The notes: generated by a model from the letters alone, not told the origin. Shown: positions 12,984 through 27,450, counted from the first letter of the stretch. The stretch: DNA of 64,000 bases from Centroscyllium fabricii (GCA_051313645.2 JBNRSN020000007.1:3224001-3288000); one strand, 5' to 3'. Translations and numbers: made by a program.

Positions 12984-13739
12984 TGGGCCGAATGGCTTGC
13001 TTCTGTGCTGGAAGATTCTACGATTCCAGGTAACTGTTAAATGCTCAGGATAAGTTTCCGCACATCTACCTTGTATATTGCATGTGTAAAAAAATTCTTG
13101 CATCTGGCGCACACCCGCCATACTTTGCCACAGATGCAAACCAATCCTTCAATTTAATTTTTTAAAATAAAAGTCAGGCATTTCCTGTTTTTCCTGACCT
13201 GCAGAGGATCAAGGGAATTACAACCAGCTGTCAGTTTACAGAACAAATGGCCTTCTCTTTGCCCTCAGAATGGGCCTATTTACAACAATATTTTGTTGGC
13301 TCCGGGGAGCAGCAGCAGAATGATGCGCTGCGTATTGCACAGTAGACAACTCGTGCCGTTTTACTCAGCAGATCGTCAGTGATTGCAAACATCAAGGGGA
13401 ATCTGCTCATCGTTCAAGAAACTGATTTGAAAAGATGCTTGCTTGGCAAAAGAACCGGGGACGGCTTTGATTTAAAAATACATGTTGCAGCAGGCTGTTA
13501 ACCTAAGAAAGTAACAATATTTTTTGTATGAAAGGCAAGCAAGGCCACTCTGAAAAAGAAGCTTTGTACAACAAAGAAGCTGCAACAGAAACCCAGCGCT
13601 GGTGCCATCATTAGGGCACAAAGGGAAAGACTCTTCACATACACAAGTGTTTTGTCAGTTCTTTAAGCTTTAAAAGTGATGTTTAAGAATGTACCCACAC
13701 AAAGCGGAGTTTCTTTGCAAACAGCGTGTGAACTCTGAC

Positions 13740-13920
13740 CTGGAGCTGGAGGTCTGCGAGACGCCCTTGCTCCTCCTGCTCTCTGCAAACCCTTTCCTCT
13801 TCAGCTTTTCTTTCATTCTCCTCTTCTGCGAGTTTTCTCTCCTCGTCTTGTACACGGGCAGCCTCTTCACTGCGAACGCTCTCTTCAGCTTCCTTCTTCT
13901 TTAGCTCTTCTTTCCTGCAC
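13740..13920 (-). CDS. MAP7D3: Coding exon, E/K/R-rich helix: (M)CRKEELKKKEAEESVRSEEAARVQDEERKLAEEENERKAEEERVCREQEEQGRLADLQLQ
   Basis: Acceptor ttttcag, donor CAG|gtcaga; 181 nt, phase 2 to 0. Confidence 0.9.
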
Positions 13921-14062
13921 CTGAAAAATATAATAGCGCAATCGTCTGCGATGAGCGCTAAAATACCCGTTTCCTCCGTCTCAAATATAAAAAGGCTCTC
14001 GGAAAAGTCATCCCTTCCCCCAATTCATAGAATCACAGAAAATACAGCACAGGAGGCTTCCA

Positions 14063-17000
14063 CTCAGCCCATCACCCTGCGCCAATGCTAGCTGTTCAAC
14101 GGGACCTACCTACTCCAATCCCCTCACCCTGCGCCAATGCTAGCTGTTCAACGGGACCCATCCACTCCAATCACCCCTCCCTGGGCCAATGCTAGCTGTT
14201 CAACGGGACCTACCCACTCCAATCACCCCTCCCTGCGCCAATGCTAGCTGTTCAACGGGACCTACCTACTCCAATCGCCTCTCCCTGCGCCAATGCTAGC
14301 TGTTCAACGGGACCTACCCACTCCAATCGCCTCACCCTGCGCCAATGCTAGCTGTTCAACGGGACCTACCCACTCCAATCCCATCACCCTGCGCCAATGC
14401 TAGCTGTTCAACGGGACCTACCCACTCCAATCCCCCCTCCCTGCGCCAATGCTAGCTGTTCAACAGGACCTACCCACTCAGCCCATCACCCTGCGCCAAT
14501 GCTAGCTGTTCAACGGGACCTACCCACTCCAATCCCATCATCCTGCGCCAATGCTAGCTGTTCAACGGGACCTACCCACTCCAATCGCCTCTCCCTGCGC
14601 CAATGCTGGCTGTTCAACGGGACCTACCCACTCCAATCTCCTCACCCTGTGCCAATGCTAGCTGTTCAACGGGACCTATCTACTCCAATCGCCTCTCCCT
14701 GCGCCAATGCTAGCTGTTCAACGGGACCTACCCACTCCAATCTCCTCACCCTGCGCCAATGCTAGCTGTTCAACGGGACCCATCCACTCCAATCCCCCCT
14801 CCCTGCGCCAATGCTAGCTGTTCAACGGGACCTACCTACTCCAATCCCATCACCCTGCACCAATGCTAGCTGTTCAACGGGACCTACCCACTCAGCCCAT
14901 CATCCTGCGCCAATGCTAGCTGTTCAACGGGACCCATCCACTCCAATCGCCTCACCCTGCGCCAATGCTAGCTGTTCAACGGGACCTACCCACTCCAATC
15001 CCATCACCCAGCGCCAATGCTAGCTGTTCAACAGGACCTACCCACTCCAATCCCATCACCCTGCGCCAATGCTAGCTGTTCAACGGGACCTACCCACTCA
15101 GCCCATCACCCTGCGCCAATGCTAGCTGTTCAACGGGACCTACCCACTCCAATCCCATCACCCTGCGCCGATGCTAGCTGTTCAACGGGACCCAACCACT
15201 CCAATCCCCCCTCCCTGTGCCAATGCTAGCTGTTCAACGGGACCTACCTACTCCAATCCCATCACCCTGCGCCAATGCTAGCTGTTCAACGGGACCCATC
15301 CACTCCAATCCCCCCTCCCTGTGCCAATGCTAGCTGTTCAACGGGACCTACCTACTCCAATCCCCCCTCCCTGCGCCAATGCTAGCTGTTCAACGGGACC
15401 TACCCACTCCAATCCCATCACCCTGTGCCAATGCTAGCTGTTCAACGGGACCTACCTACTCCAATCCCATCACCCTGCGCCAATGCTAGCTGTTCAACGG
15501 GACCTACCCACTCCAATGCCATCACCCTGCGCCAATGCTAGCTGTTCAACGGGACCTACCCACTCCAATCTCCCCTCCCTGCGCCAATGCTAGCTGTTCA
15601 ACGGGACCCATCCACTCCAATCCCATCACCCTGCGCCAATGCTAGCTGTTCAACGGGACCTACCCACTCCAATCCCATCATCCTGCGCCAATGCTAGCTG
15701 TTCAACGGGACCCATCCACTCCAATCCCATCACCCTGCGCCAATGCTAGCTGTTCAACGGGACCTACCTACTCAGCCCATCATCCTGCGCCAATGCTAGC
15801 TGTTCAACGGGACCCATCCACTCCAATCCCCCCTCCCTGCGCCAATGCTAGCTGTTCAACGGGACCTACCTACTCCAATCCCATCACCCTGCGCCAATGC
15901 TAGCTGTTCAACGAGACCCATCCACTCCAATCCCCCCTCCCTGCGCCAATGCTAGCTGTTCAACGGGACCTACCCACTCCAATCCCCTTACCCTGCGCCA
16001 ATGCTAGCTGTTCAACGGGACCTACCCACTCCAATCCCATCACCCTGCGCCGATGCTAGCTGTTCAACGGGACCTACCTACTCCAATCGCCTCTCCCTGC
16101 GCCAATGCTAGCTGTTCAACGGGACCTACCCACTCCAATCTCCTCACCCTGCGCCAATGCTAGCTGTTCAACGGGACCTACCCACTCCAATCCCATCACC
16201 CTGCGCCAATGCTAGCTGTTCAACGGGACCTACCTACTCCAATCCCATCACCCTGCGCCAATGCTAGCTGTTCAACGGGACCTACCCACTCCAATCCCAT
16301 CACCCTGCGCCAATGCTAGCTGTTCAACGGGACCTACCCACTCAGCCCATCACCCTGCGCCGATGCTAGCTGTTCAACGGGACCTACCTACTCCAATCCC
16401 ATCACCCTGCGCCAATGCTAGCTGTTCAACGGGACCTACCCACTCCAATCGCCTCACCCTGCGCCAATGCTAGCTGTTCAACGGGACCTACCCACTCCAA
16501 TCCCATCACCCTGCGCCAATGCTAGCTGTTCAACGGGACCTACCCACTCAGCCCATCATCCTGCGCCAATGCTAGCTGTTCAACGGGACCCATCCACTCC
16601 AATCCCCCCTCCCTGCGCCAATGCTAGCTGTTCAACGGGACCTACCCACTCCAATCCCATCACCCTGCGCCGATGCTAGCTGTTCAACGGGACCCATCCA
16701 CTCCAATCCCCCCTCCCTGTGCCAATGCTAGCTGTTCAACGGGACCTACCTACTCCAATCCCATCACCCTGCGCCAATGCTAGCTGTTCAACGGGACCCA
16801 TCCACTCCAATCCCCCCTCCCTGTGCCAATGCTAGCTGTTCAACGGGACCTACCTACTCCAATCTCCTCACCCTGCGCCAATGCTAGCTGTTCAACGGGA
16901 CCTACCCACTCCAATCCCATCACCCTGCGCCAATGCTAGCTGTTCAACGGGACCTACCTACTCCAATCGCCTCTCCCTGCGCCAATGCTAGCTGTTCAAC

Positions 17001-20000
17001 GGGACCCATCCACTCCAATCCCCCCTCCCTGCGCCAATGCTAGCTGTTCAACGGGACCTACCCACTCCAATCTCCTCACCCTGCGCCAATGCTAGCTGTT
17101 CAACGGGACCTACCCACTCCAATCCCCTCACCCTGCGCCAATGCTAGCTGTTCAACGGGACCTACCTACTCCAATCCCATCACCCTGCGCCAATGCTAGC
17201 TGTTCAACGGGACCTACCCACTCAGCCCATCATCCTGCGCCAATGCTAGCTGTTCAACGGGACCCATCCACTCCAATCCCCTCACCCTGCGCCAATGCTA
17301 GCTGTTCAACAGGACCTACCCACTCCAATCCCATCACCCTGCGCCAATGCTAGCTGTTCAACGGGACCTACCCACTCAGCCCATCACCCTGCGCCAATGC
17401 TAGCTGTTCAACGGGACCTACCCACTCCAATCCCATCACCCTGCGCCGATGCTAGCTGTTCAACGGGACCCAACCACTCCAATCCCCCCTCCCTGTGCCA
17501 ATGCTAGCTGTTCAACGGGACCTACCTACTCCAATCCCATCACCCTGCGCCAATGCTAGCTGTTCAACGGGACCCATCCACTCCAATCCCCCCTCCCTGT
17601 GCCAATGCTAGCTGTTCAACGGGACCTACCTACTCCAATCCCCCCTCCCTGCGCCAATGCTAGCTGTTCAACGGGACCTACCCACTCCAATCCCATCACC
17701 CTGCGCCAATGCTAGCTGTTCAACGGGACCTACCTACTCCAATCCCATCACCCTGCGCCAATGCTAGCTGTTCAACAGGACCTACCCACTCCAATCCCAT
17801 CATCCTGCGCCAATGCTAGCTGTTCAACGGGACCCATCCACTCCAATCCCATCACCCTGCGCCAATGCTAGCTGTTCAACGGGACCTACCTACTCAGCCC
17901 ATCATCCTGCGCCAATGCTAGCTGTTCAACGGGACCCATCCACTCCAATCCCCCCTCCCTGCGCCAATGCTAGCTGTTCAACGGGACCTACCTACTCCAA
18001 TCCCATCACCCTGCGCCAATGCTAGCTGTTCAACGAGACCCATCCACTCCAATCCCCCCTCCCTGCGCCAATGCTAGCTGTTCAACGGGACCTACCCACT
18101 CCAATCCCCTTACCCTGCGCCAATGCTAGCTGTTCAACGGGACCTACCCACTCCAATCCCATCACCCTGCGCCGATGCTAGCTGTTCAACGGGACCTACC
18201 TACTCCAATCGCCTCTCCCTGCGCCAATGCTAGCTGTTCAACGGGACCTACCCACTCCAATCTCCTCACCCTGCGCCAATGCTAGCTGTTCAACGGGACC
18301 TACCCACTCCAATCCCATCACCCTGCGCCAATGCTAGCTGTTCAACGGGACCTACCTACTCCAATCCCATCACCCTGCGCCAATGCTAGCTGTTCAACGG
18401 GACCTACCCACTCCAATCCCATCACCCTGCGCCAATGCTAGCTGTTCAACGGGACCTACCCACTCAGCCCATCACCCTGCGCCGATGCTAGCTGTTCAAC
18501 GGGACCTACCTACTCCAATCCCATCACCCTGCGCCAATGCTAGCTGTTCAACGGGACCTACCCACTCCAATCGCCTCACCCTGCGCCAATGCTAGCTGTT
18601 CAACGGGACCTACCCACTCCAATCCCATCACCCTGCGCCAATGCTAGCTGTTCAACGGGACCTACCCACTCAGCCCATCATCCTGCGCCAATGCTAGCTG
18701 TTCAACGGGACCCATCCACTCCAATCCCCCCTCCCTGCGCCAATGCTAGCTGTTCAACGGGACCTACCTACTCCAATCCCATCACCCTGCGCCAATGCTA
18801 GCTGTTCAACGGGACCCATCCACTCCAATCCCCCCTCCCTGTGCCAATGCTAGCTGTTCAACGGGACCTACCTACTCCAATCTCCTCACCCTGCGCCAAT
18901 GCTAGCTGTTCAACGGGACCTACCCACTCCAATCCCATCACCCTGCGCCAATGCTAGCTGTTCAACGGGACCTACCTACTCCAATCCCATCACCCTGCGC
19001 CAATGCTAGCTGTTCAACGGGACCTACCCACTCCAATCCCATCACCCTGCGCCAATGCTAGCTGTTCAACGGGACCTACCTACTCCAATCGCCTCTCCCT
19101 GCGCCAATGCTAGCTGTTCAACGGGACCTACCCACTCCAATCGCCTCACCCTGCGCCAATGCTAGCTGTTCAACGGGACCCATCCACTCCAATCCCCCCT
19201 CCCTGCGCCAATGCTAGCTGTTCAACGGGACCTACCCACTCAGCCCATCACCCTGCGCCAATGCTAGCTGTTCAACGGGACCTACCCACTCCAATCCCAT
19301 CATCCTGCGCCAACGCTAGCTGTTCAACGGGACCTACCCACTCCAATCCCCTCACCCTGTGCCAATGCTAGCTGTTCAACGGGACCTACCCACTCCAATC
19401 CCATCATCCTGCGCCAATGCTAGCTGTTCAACGGGACCTACCCACTCCAATCCCATCACCCTGCGCCAATGCTAGCTGTTCAACGGGACCTACCCACTCC
19501 AATCCCATCACCCTGCGCCAATGCTAGCTGTTCAACGGGACCTATCTACTCCAATCGCCTCTCCCTGCGCCAATGCTAGCTGTTCAACGGGACCTACCCA
19601 CTCCAATCCCATCATCCTGCGCCAATGCTAGCTGTTCAACGGGACCTACCTACTCAGCCCATCATCCTGCGCCAATGCTAGCTGTTCAACGGGACCCATC
19701 CACTCCAATCCCCCCTCCCTGCGCCAATGCTAGCTGTTCAACGGGACCTACCTACTCCAATCCCCTCACCCTGCGCCAATGCTAGCTGTTCAACGGGACC
19801 TACCCACTCCAATCCCATCACCCTGCGCCGATGCTAGCTGTTCAACGGGACCTACCCACTCCAATCTCCTCACCCTGCGCCAATGCTAGCTGTTCAACGG
19901 GACCTACCCACTCCAATCCCATCACCCTGCGCCAATGCTAGCTGTTCAACGGGACCTACCTACTCCAATCCCATCACCCTGCGCCAATGCTAGCTGTTCA

Positions 20001-21540
20001 ACGGGACCTACCCACTCCAATCTCCTCACCCTGCGCCAATGCTAGCTGTTCAACGGGACCTACCTACTCCAATTCCATCACCCTGCGCCAATGATAGCTG
20101 TTCAACGGGACCCACCCACTCCAATCCCATCACCCTGCGCCAATGCTAGCTGTTCAACGGGACCTACCCACTCCAATCCCATCACCCTGCGCCAATGCTA
20201 GCTGTTCAACGGGACCTACCCACTCCAATTTCCTCACCCTGCGCCAATGCTAGCTGTTCAACGGGACCTACCCACTCCAATCCCATCACCCTGCGCCAAT
20301 GCTAGCTGTTCAACGGGACCTACCCACTCCAATCCCATCACCCTGCGCCAATGCTAGCTGTTCAACGGGACCTACCCACTCCAATCTCCTCACCCTGCGC
20401 CAATGCTGGCTGTTCAACGGGACCTACCCACTCCAATCCCATCACCCTGCGCCAATGCTAGCTGTTCAACGGGACCTACCCACTCAGCCCATCATCCTGC
20501 GCCAATGCTAGCTGTTCAACGGGACCCATCCACTCCAATCCCCCCTCCCTGCGCCAATGCTAGCTGTTCAACGGGACCTACCCACTCCAATCTCCTCACC
20601 CTGCGCCAATGCTAGCTGTTCAACGGGACCTACCCACTCCAATCCCCTCACCCTGCGCCAATGCTAGCTGTTCAACGGGACCCATCCACTCCAATCCCCC
20701 CTCCCTGCGCCAATGCTAGCTGTTCAACGGGACCTACCTACTCCAATCCCATCACCCTGCGCCAATGCTAGCTGTTCAACGGGACCTACCCACTCCAATC
20801 CCATCACCCTGCGCCAATGCTAGCTGTTCAACGGGACCCATCCACTCCAATCCCCTCACCCTGCGCCAATGCTAGCTGTTCAACGGGACCTACCCACTCC
20901 AATCCCATCACCCTGCGCCGATGCTAGCTGTTCAACGGGACCTACCCACTCCAATCTCCTCACCCTGCGCCAATGCTAGCTGTTCAACGGGACCTACCCA
21001 CTCCAATCCCATCACCCTGCGCCGATGCTAGCTGTTCAACGGGACCCATCCACTCCAATCCCCCCTCCCTGTGCCAATGCTAGCTGTTCAACGGGACCTA
21101 CCTACTCCAATCCCATCACCCTGCGCCAATGCTAGCTGTTCAACGGGACCCATCCACTCCAATCCCCCCTCCCTGTGCCAATGCTAGCTGTTCAACGGGA
21201 CCTACCTACTCCAATCCCCCCTCCCTGCGCCAATGCTAGCTGTTCAACGGGACCTACCCACTCCAATCCCATCACCCTGTGCCAATGCTAGCTGTTCAAC
21301 GGGACCTACCTACTCCAATCCCCTCACCCTGCGCCAATGCTAGCTGTTCAACGGGACCTACCTACTCCAATCCCCCCTCCCTGCGCCAATGCTAGCTGTT
21401 CAACGGGACCTACCTACTCCAATCCCATCACCCTGCGCCAATGCTAGCTGTTCAACGGGACCTACCCACTCCAATCCCCTCTCCCTGCGCCAATGCTAGC
21501 TGTTCAACGGGACCTACCTACTCCAATCCCCTCTCCCTGC
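14063..21540. repeat. 7.5-kb array of 52-bp units (50-bp variant), about 144 copies, inside a minus-strand LINE/SINE 3' tail
   Basis: Unit CCCTGCGCCAATGCTAGCTGTTCAACGGGACCTACCCACTCCAATCCCATCA; flanks are CATAGAATCACAGAA and CR1-like sequence. Confidence 0.97.
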
Positions 21541-21906
21541 ATCCTTTCATATTCTTCCCTGTCAAATACTTATTCAAGTCCTCTTTAAAAGGCAAGAGAG
21601 AGTCAGCCATACTACCCACTTGGGGCCAAGCATTCCACTTTCTAATCACTCTGAAATCTTTGCTTCTAACTTCCCCCTTCACTCTTCTCGTGATTTCATT
21701 CCCAGCTGTACCCTGTAACCTGATGTGATGGAAAATGCATTAATCTCATCGGGTATGCAAATCTAAAACTAAATCGCTGAAACAAAACAATTCCAGTTGC
21801 CTGACTGCATGGCTTGAATCTAAAGCAGAGGTGAAATGCAAGTGAGCCGACACTGAGAAATAATGCCTGTTTGTGAATTGCAGGCTGCAGTTTCTGTGCC
21901 ACTTAC

Positions 21907-22018
21907 ATCTCAACTTCTTCTAACTGGAGTCTCTCCTGCTCCTCGCGCTCTTTCTGCTCACGTGCAAGACGCCGGTTCTCCGCCAAGATTTTAGCAGCGT
22001 CTTCAGCAGATGTGGTGC
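21907..22018 (-). CDS. MAP7D3: Coding exon, start of the MAP7 domain: (G)TTSAEDAAKILAENRRLAREQKEREEQERLQLEEVE
   Basis: Acceptor ttgcag, donor gtaagt; 112 nt, phase 1 to 2; GTT..E.A.KILAE.RRLAREQ.ERE is the MAP7-domain signature. Confidence 0.95.
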
Positions 22019-22567
22019 CTGCAATATTGTTAATAGTGAGTTAGAGTACCGGCACCAAGTGAACGGTTGATAGCAAGTGAAGTTAAGTACAAGTTGTAAA
22101 TATTAGTAAGCACTGAGTGAGCTTAATGTGTTTTATAGTGTGAATAATACAAACTAATAACTTCAAGGTGAAGCTTATTTCCATAATGCTTTTTAAAAAG
22201 GTTTTTTTAGGCATTATATACAAACTGTGACTTTGCAACAGCAAAACACGGCCATGGAAAAGTTTACTATTATTGCAATGCAAGCTGAAATACAGAGCTC
22301 CTGACAAGCGCCCGTTCAATCTTGAAACGACAGTCATAGCAATCTCAACGGAAATGGCACAGAACGTTTGGAATGCTATGAATCTTCAGCTCACATTTTT
22401 TTTGAAAATTATTCCATCCCACCAGTTGGTAAACCTATGCGTCAGTGGGATGTGCCAATTGTAATGTTGTGCATAAGTGCTCGATTTAATTTCACAATTC
22501 TTTATCCCTGGATAGGGAGGTTGCATCATGGACTTTCCACTCTTGGCTCCAAGGCTGGGATGGAAGA

Positions 22568-23320
22568 AAAACCTCCTCCCTGATGACTGCCAGTCAATCC
22601 TCAGCTCTGAAAAACCTCCTCCCTGATGACTGCCAGTCAATCCTCAGCTCTGAAAAACCTCCTCCCTGATGACTGCCAGTCAATCCTCAGCTCTGAAACC
22701 TCCTCCCTGATGACTGCCAGTCAATCTTCAGCTCTGAAACCTCCTCCCTGATGACTGCCAGTCAATCCTCAGCTCTGAAAAACCTCCTCCCTGATGACTG
22801 CCAGTCAATCCTCAGCTCTGAAAAACCTCCTCCCTGATGACTGCCAGTCAATCCTCAGCTCTGAAAAACCTCCTCCCTGATGACTGCCAGTCAATCCTCA
22901 GCTCTGAAAAACCTCCTCCCTGATGACTGCCAGTCAATCCTCAGCTCTGAAACCTCCTCCCTGATGACTGCCAGTCAATCCTCAGCTCTGAAACCTCCTC
23001 CCTGATGACTGCCAGTCAATCTTCAGCTCTGAAACCTCCTCTCTGATGACTGCCAGTCAATCCTCAGCTCTGAAACCTCCTCCCTGATGACTGCCAGTCA
23101 ATCCTCAGCTCTGAAACCTCCTCTGATGACTGCCAGTCAATCCTCAGCTCTGAAACCTCCTCTCTGATGACCCAGTCAATCCTCAGCTCTGAAACCGCCT
23201 CCCTGATGACTGCCAGTCAATCCTCAGCTCTGAAAAACCTCCTCCCTGATGACTGCCAGTCAATCCTCAGCTCTGAAAAACCTCCTCCCTGATGACTGCC
23301 AGTCAATCCTCAGCTCTGAA
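22568..23320. repeat. 43/41-bp minisatellite, about 18 copies
   Basis: Unit AAAACCTCCTCCCTGATGACTGCCAGTCAATCCTCAGCTCTGA; directly abuts a CR1 5' end. Confidence 0.95.
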
Positions 23321-25220
23321 GCATTGCTGGTCATCTTCCAAAATTATATAGACTCTGGAACAGTACCCATGGATTGGAGGGTAGCAAATGTTACCCCACT
23401 ATTCAAAAAAGGTGGTAGAGAGAAAACGGGGAATTATAGCCTGACATCGGTAGTGGGGAAAATGCTAAAGTCCATTATAAAAGATGTAATAGCAGAGCAC
23501 TTGGAAAACAGTGACAGGATTGGACAAAGTCAACATGGATTTACAAAAGGTAAATCGTGCTCGACTAACCTACTGGAATTTTTTGAGGATGTAACTGGTG
23601 AAATAGATAAGGGAGAACCAGTAGATGTGGTGTATTTGGACTTTCAGAAGGCTTTCGATAAGGTCACACATAAGAGATTAGTGTGCAAAATTAAAAGCAC
23701 ATGGGATTGGGGGCAAGGTGCTGACTTGGATAGAGAACTGGTTGGCAGACAGAAAGCAAAGAGTTGGAATAAACGGGTCTTTTTCCGAGTGGCAGGCAGT
23801 GACTAGTGGGGTAAACATAGAAACATAGAAGATAGGAGCAGGAGTAGGCCATTCGGCCCTTCGAGCCTGCTCCGCCATTCAATGAGATCATGGCTGATCA
23901 TCCAAACCCAGCACCCCGCCCCTGCCCTGTCCCCATATCCCTCGATCCCTATCGAGCCTGCACCGACACATATCCCACCCTATCCCCGTAACCCCACATA
24001 TTCAATCCCCCTAACACGAAGGGTCAATTTATCATGGCTAATCAACCTAACCCGCACATCTTTGGACTGTGGGAGGAAACCGGAGCACCCGGAGGAAACC
24101 CACGCAGACACGGGGAGAATGTGCAAACTCCACACAGATAGTCACCCGAGGCTGGATTTGAACCCGGGTCTCCAGTGCTGTAAGGCAACAGTGCTAACCA
24201 CTATGCCACTGTGCCGCAGGGATCGTTCCTTGGACCCCAGCTATTCACAATATATATTAATGATCTGGACGAGGAAACTAGATGTAATATCTCAAAATCT
24301 GCAGATGACACAAAGCTGGGTGGGCCTGTGTGCTGTGAGGAGGATGCCGAGAAACTCCAGGATGATTTGGACAGGTTGGGTGATTGGGCAGAAGCATGGC
24401 AGATGCAGTATAATGTGGATAAATGCGAAGTTATCCATTTTGGTGGCAAAAACAGGAAGGCAGATTATCTGAACTGCAATAGATTGGGAGAAGGGGAAGT
24501 GCAACAACATCTGGGTGTCCTTGTGCACCAGTCACTGAAGGTAAGCATGCAGGTGCAGCAGGCAGTGAAGAAGGTAAATGGTATGTTGGCCTTCGTAGCA
24601 AGAGGATTCGAGTACAGGAACAGGGAGGTCTTGCTGCAGTTGTACAGGGCCTTGGTGAGACCACACCTTGAATATTGTGTGCAGTTTTGGTCGCCTTATC
24701 TAAGGAAGGATGTTCTTGCCATGGAAGGAGTGCAGCGAAGATTCACCAGGCTGATACCTGGGATGGCAGGAATGACGTATGAGGAGAGATTGTGTCGATT
24801 GGACTTATACTCGCTGGAATTTATATGAGAGGGGATCTCATTGAAACTTATGAAATTCTAACAGGACTAGACAGACTAGACGCAGGAAGGATGTTCCTGA
24901 TGGCCGGGGTGTCCAGAACCAGGGGTCACAGTCTAAGGAAAAGGGGTAAGCCATTTAGGACAGAAATGAGGAGGAATTTCTTCACCCAGAGAATGGTGAA
25001 CCTGTGGAATTCTCTACCACAGAAGGCAGTTGAGGCCAATTCATTAAATATATTCAAGAAGGAGTTGGATATATTTCTTAAGGCTAAAGGGATCAAGGGA
25101 TATGGGGAGAAGGCAGGGACAGGGTACTGAATTTAGATGATCAGCCATGATCTCATTGAATGACAGGGCAGGCTCGAGGGGCCGAATGGCCGACTCCTGC
25201 TCCTATCTTCTATGTTTCTG
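23321..25220 (+). mobile_element. 5'-truncated CR1 LINE interrupted by a SINE
   Basis: RT motifs on both sides of the SINE (VTSG|VPQG junction); intact 3' UTR. Confidence 0.93.
23814..24217 (-). mobile_element. HE1-like V-SINE inserted in CR1
   Basis: Same family as 421-821. Confidence 0.9.
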
Positions 25221-25599
25221 TTCTGGGTGCCCATGAATTTGGCATTCGGTTTCTGACCTTGCAGAAATGGCTCGTGTGGCAAAAGGAATTACCTTGGTGT
25301 TTTTCTGAGCTTCAGCTTGAAGTTGCCTACTGAGCTAGCATGTGTGTCCTAGGGAGGGGGCGTTACGCTCAGAGTGGACTGGATGTTGACACAAGGTGCA
25401 AAGGTTATTTATTTTGCCAACACCAACATCCTAGACGCCAATGAGCACGCAGAAAGAAAACCTTTCAAAAAGTACTGCGCCGAAGGAAGGAAAAGGGTAC
25501 AGAAAACGTTTGAGAGATCTCAATGCAAGAAGTTGGTATTTGACCCATTGCAATTATCTACTCAAACTGTGGGGGAAGATGAGAATTGTTTTCCAAATG

Positions 25600-25810
25600 C
25601 AGCGAGTTGTTGTGATCTGGAACGCGCTGCGTGAAAGGGCTGTGGAAGCAGATTCAATAGTAACTTTCAAAGGGAATTGGAGAAATAGTTGAAAAGGAAA
25701 ATAAAAACAGGGCTCTGGGGAAAGAGTGGGCCTAATTGGAGAGCTTGTTCACAGAGCCGGCACAGGCACGATTGGCCGAATGGTCTCCTGTGGCATAGAA
25801 TTCTATAACT
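25600..25810 (+). mobile_element. Old CR1-type 3' tail
   Basis: RVVVIWNALRERAVEADSIVTFK followed by GGCCGAATGG tail. Confidence 0.6.
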
Positions 25811-27129
25811 CGCAAAATATATTTCCAACAATGAGGTGGGGAGGGGTTAAGCAGCACCGAACAGGGTAAGCGCTGAGTTAACAAACAGAATATTGTGCCT
25901 TAAAGCCATGGTTCCTAGCTCGTCAGCCGATCGTGTGATGACATCTTTACAGATCGATTTATATCCCGTTTGTAGACTCAGATCAACGATTGAAGAATTA
26001 AAGGTGAAACTAATTCTAAACTTCACAGCAAATGTGTGGAAGATAAAGCAAACAGCACGGCCGCTCTTGGTTAGTTTATTATATTTTACATGGAGATTTG
26101 AGAAATGCACAGGTTTTAACCAAAATCAGAAGGTGGACAAAAGTTGACCAATCAAAAAAATTGCATCACACAAAATGACATTATTGTTTGATAGCGTATC
26201 AATTCAGACATATTCATTGTCTGGTATTTTATTGTAAACTCGAGGGTTTTGACTGTGGGGGATGCTGAGGGCATTGAAAGGTGGATTCCAGAGTACAGCC
26301 TGTGGCTATATACAGCCAGGCAGGGCAGGCCTATTAAAGCAATGACCTTAACAAAACCACACACTGCCTGCAGCCATGTTCTCATCTTTCTTTTCTGTGT
26401 CAGATTAAATGGTGTAACATCTGGTTGAGGAAAGTCTGAGGCGAGGTGCTTACTGCTGCTGGTCCTAGCAGGGTTAGCACCTGCAGAACTCATTGCTCAG
26501 CCACTCCAGCCTGCCAGAGGCCTAATGCTGCCCAGCTGAAAGTCTAAAAATATAACGTGGGGCCTTACACAGCGTCATCTCCAACCTCTTGTGTAACAGA
26601 CAGTCTGGCAACTAAAACTGCAGAAAACCTTTCCACCGGGAGCCACTACGCTTTCCGATTTGATTTTAATTTTTTTTGGCATGGCCAGTATTTTCTAAAA
26701 GGTTCTTTTTTGCCTTTATTAAAAGTCCAGCTGAGAGCTTTGTAGTGATGCTAAGACACTTCGAGGTTTTCCATTTCAACACAAGAAAGCACGAGACGAG
26801 AATAAGCTGTTTGGCCCATTAGCCTGATCCTGTTGTAGTCTGTCCCAGCAAGGATATTATCTCAACTGAGTCTCTGGAGAAAGGTTTTGTATACTCCCTG
26901 ATTTCCAAATTGTAATCAACTGTAAGTCCAAATTATTTAACCATCTGCACATATGGACTGTAAACTCTGCCATTCCCGACAGGCTATGACCGCAGAAGCA
27001 AAGGAACCGGTCTGTTTATGCAGCATTTCACCATCCTAGTCTACAACTATCCTCTCGACCTTCAGGCTCCCATTTACCCAGCTCCCATTCGGAAGAGCCT
27101 GGAGCACCTTGGCTGGGAGTCGGTCCCAA

Positions 27130-27450
27130 CGTATTTATGACTTCAGTGGGCGCCAATTCTAATCTCACTTCAGGCTTGCTCATTTCGAACCGCTGTACTC
27201 TGATGGCAAGTTCAACTTCCTCATCAAATAGCCGGCTTACATCTACAATGTCTCTCATCATTTCAAAGACCAGGATTATCATCTCCTCCAGCTCAAATTC
27301 TGCTCTTTGTAATGAATTCTTAAGTCTCAGAATTATCCTAGTTGCTCTTCTTTGAACTCTGCCGAACACATCGATATTATTTTGCAAGCAGGGTGCGAAA
27401 ATTCACACGCAGCACTCCAAATGTGGTCCCATCACTGATCCACAGTAACT
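27130..27450 (-). mobile_element. Highly decayed CR1 fragment
   Basis: Reverse strand HLECCV.F...RVQRRATRII. Confidence 0.55.

Noticed and set aside
14063-21540. CRISPR-like look (constant core of about 30 nt alternating with a variable segment)
   Set aside because: The variable segments are point variants of one sequence rather than unique spacers; no cas genes; eukaryotic intron.
22568-23320. Tandem hammerheads (CTGATGA...GAAA in each 43-bp unit)
   Set aside because: No closing stem II pair and no stems I or III can form around the core; likely coincidental.
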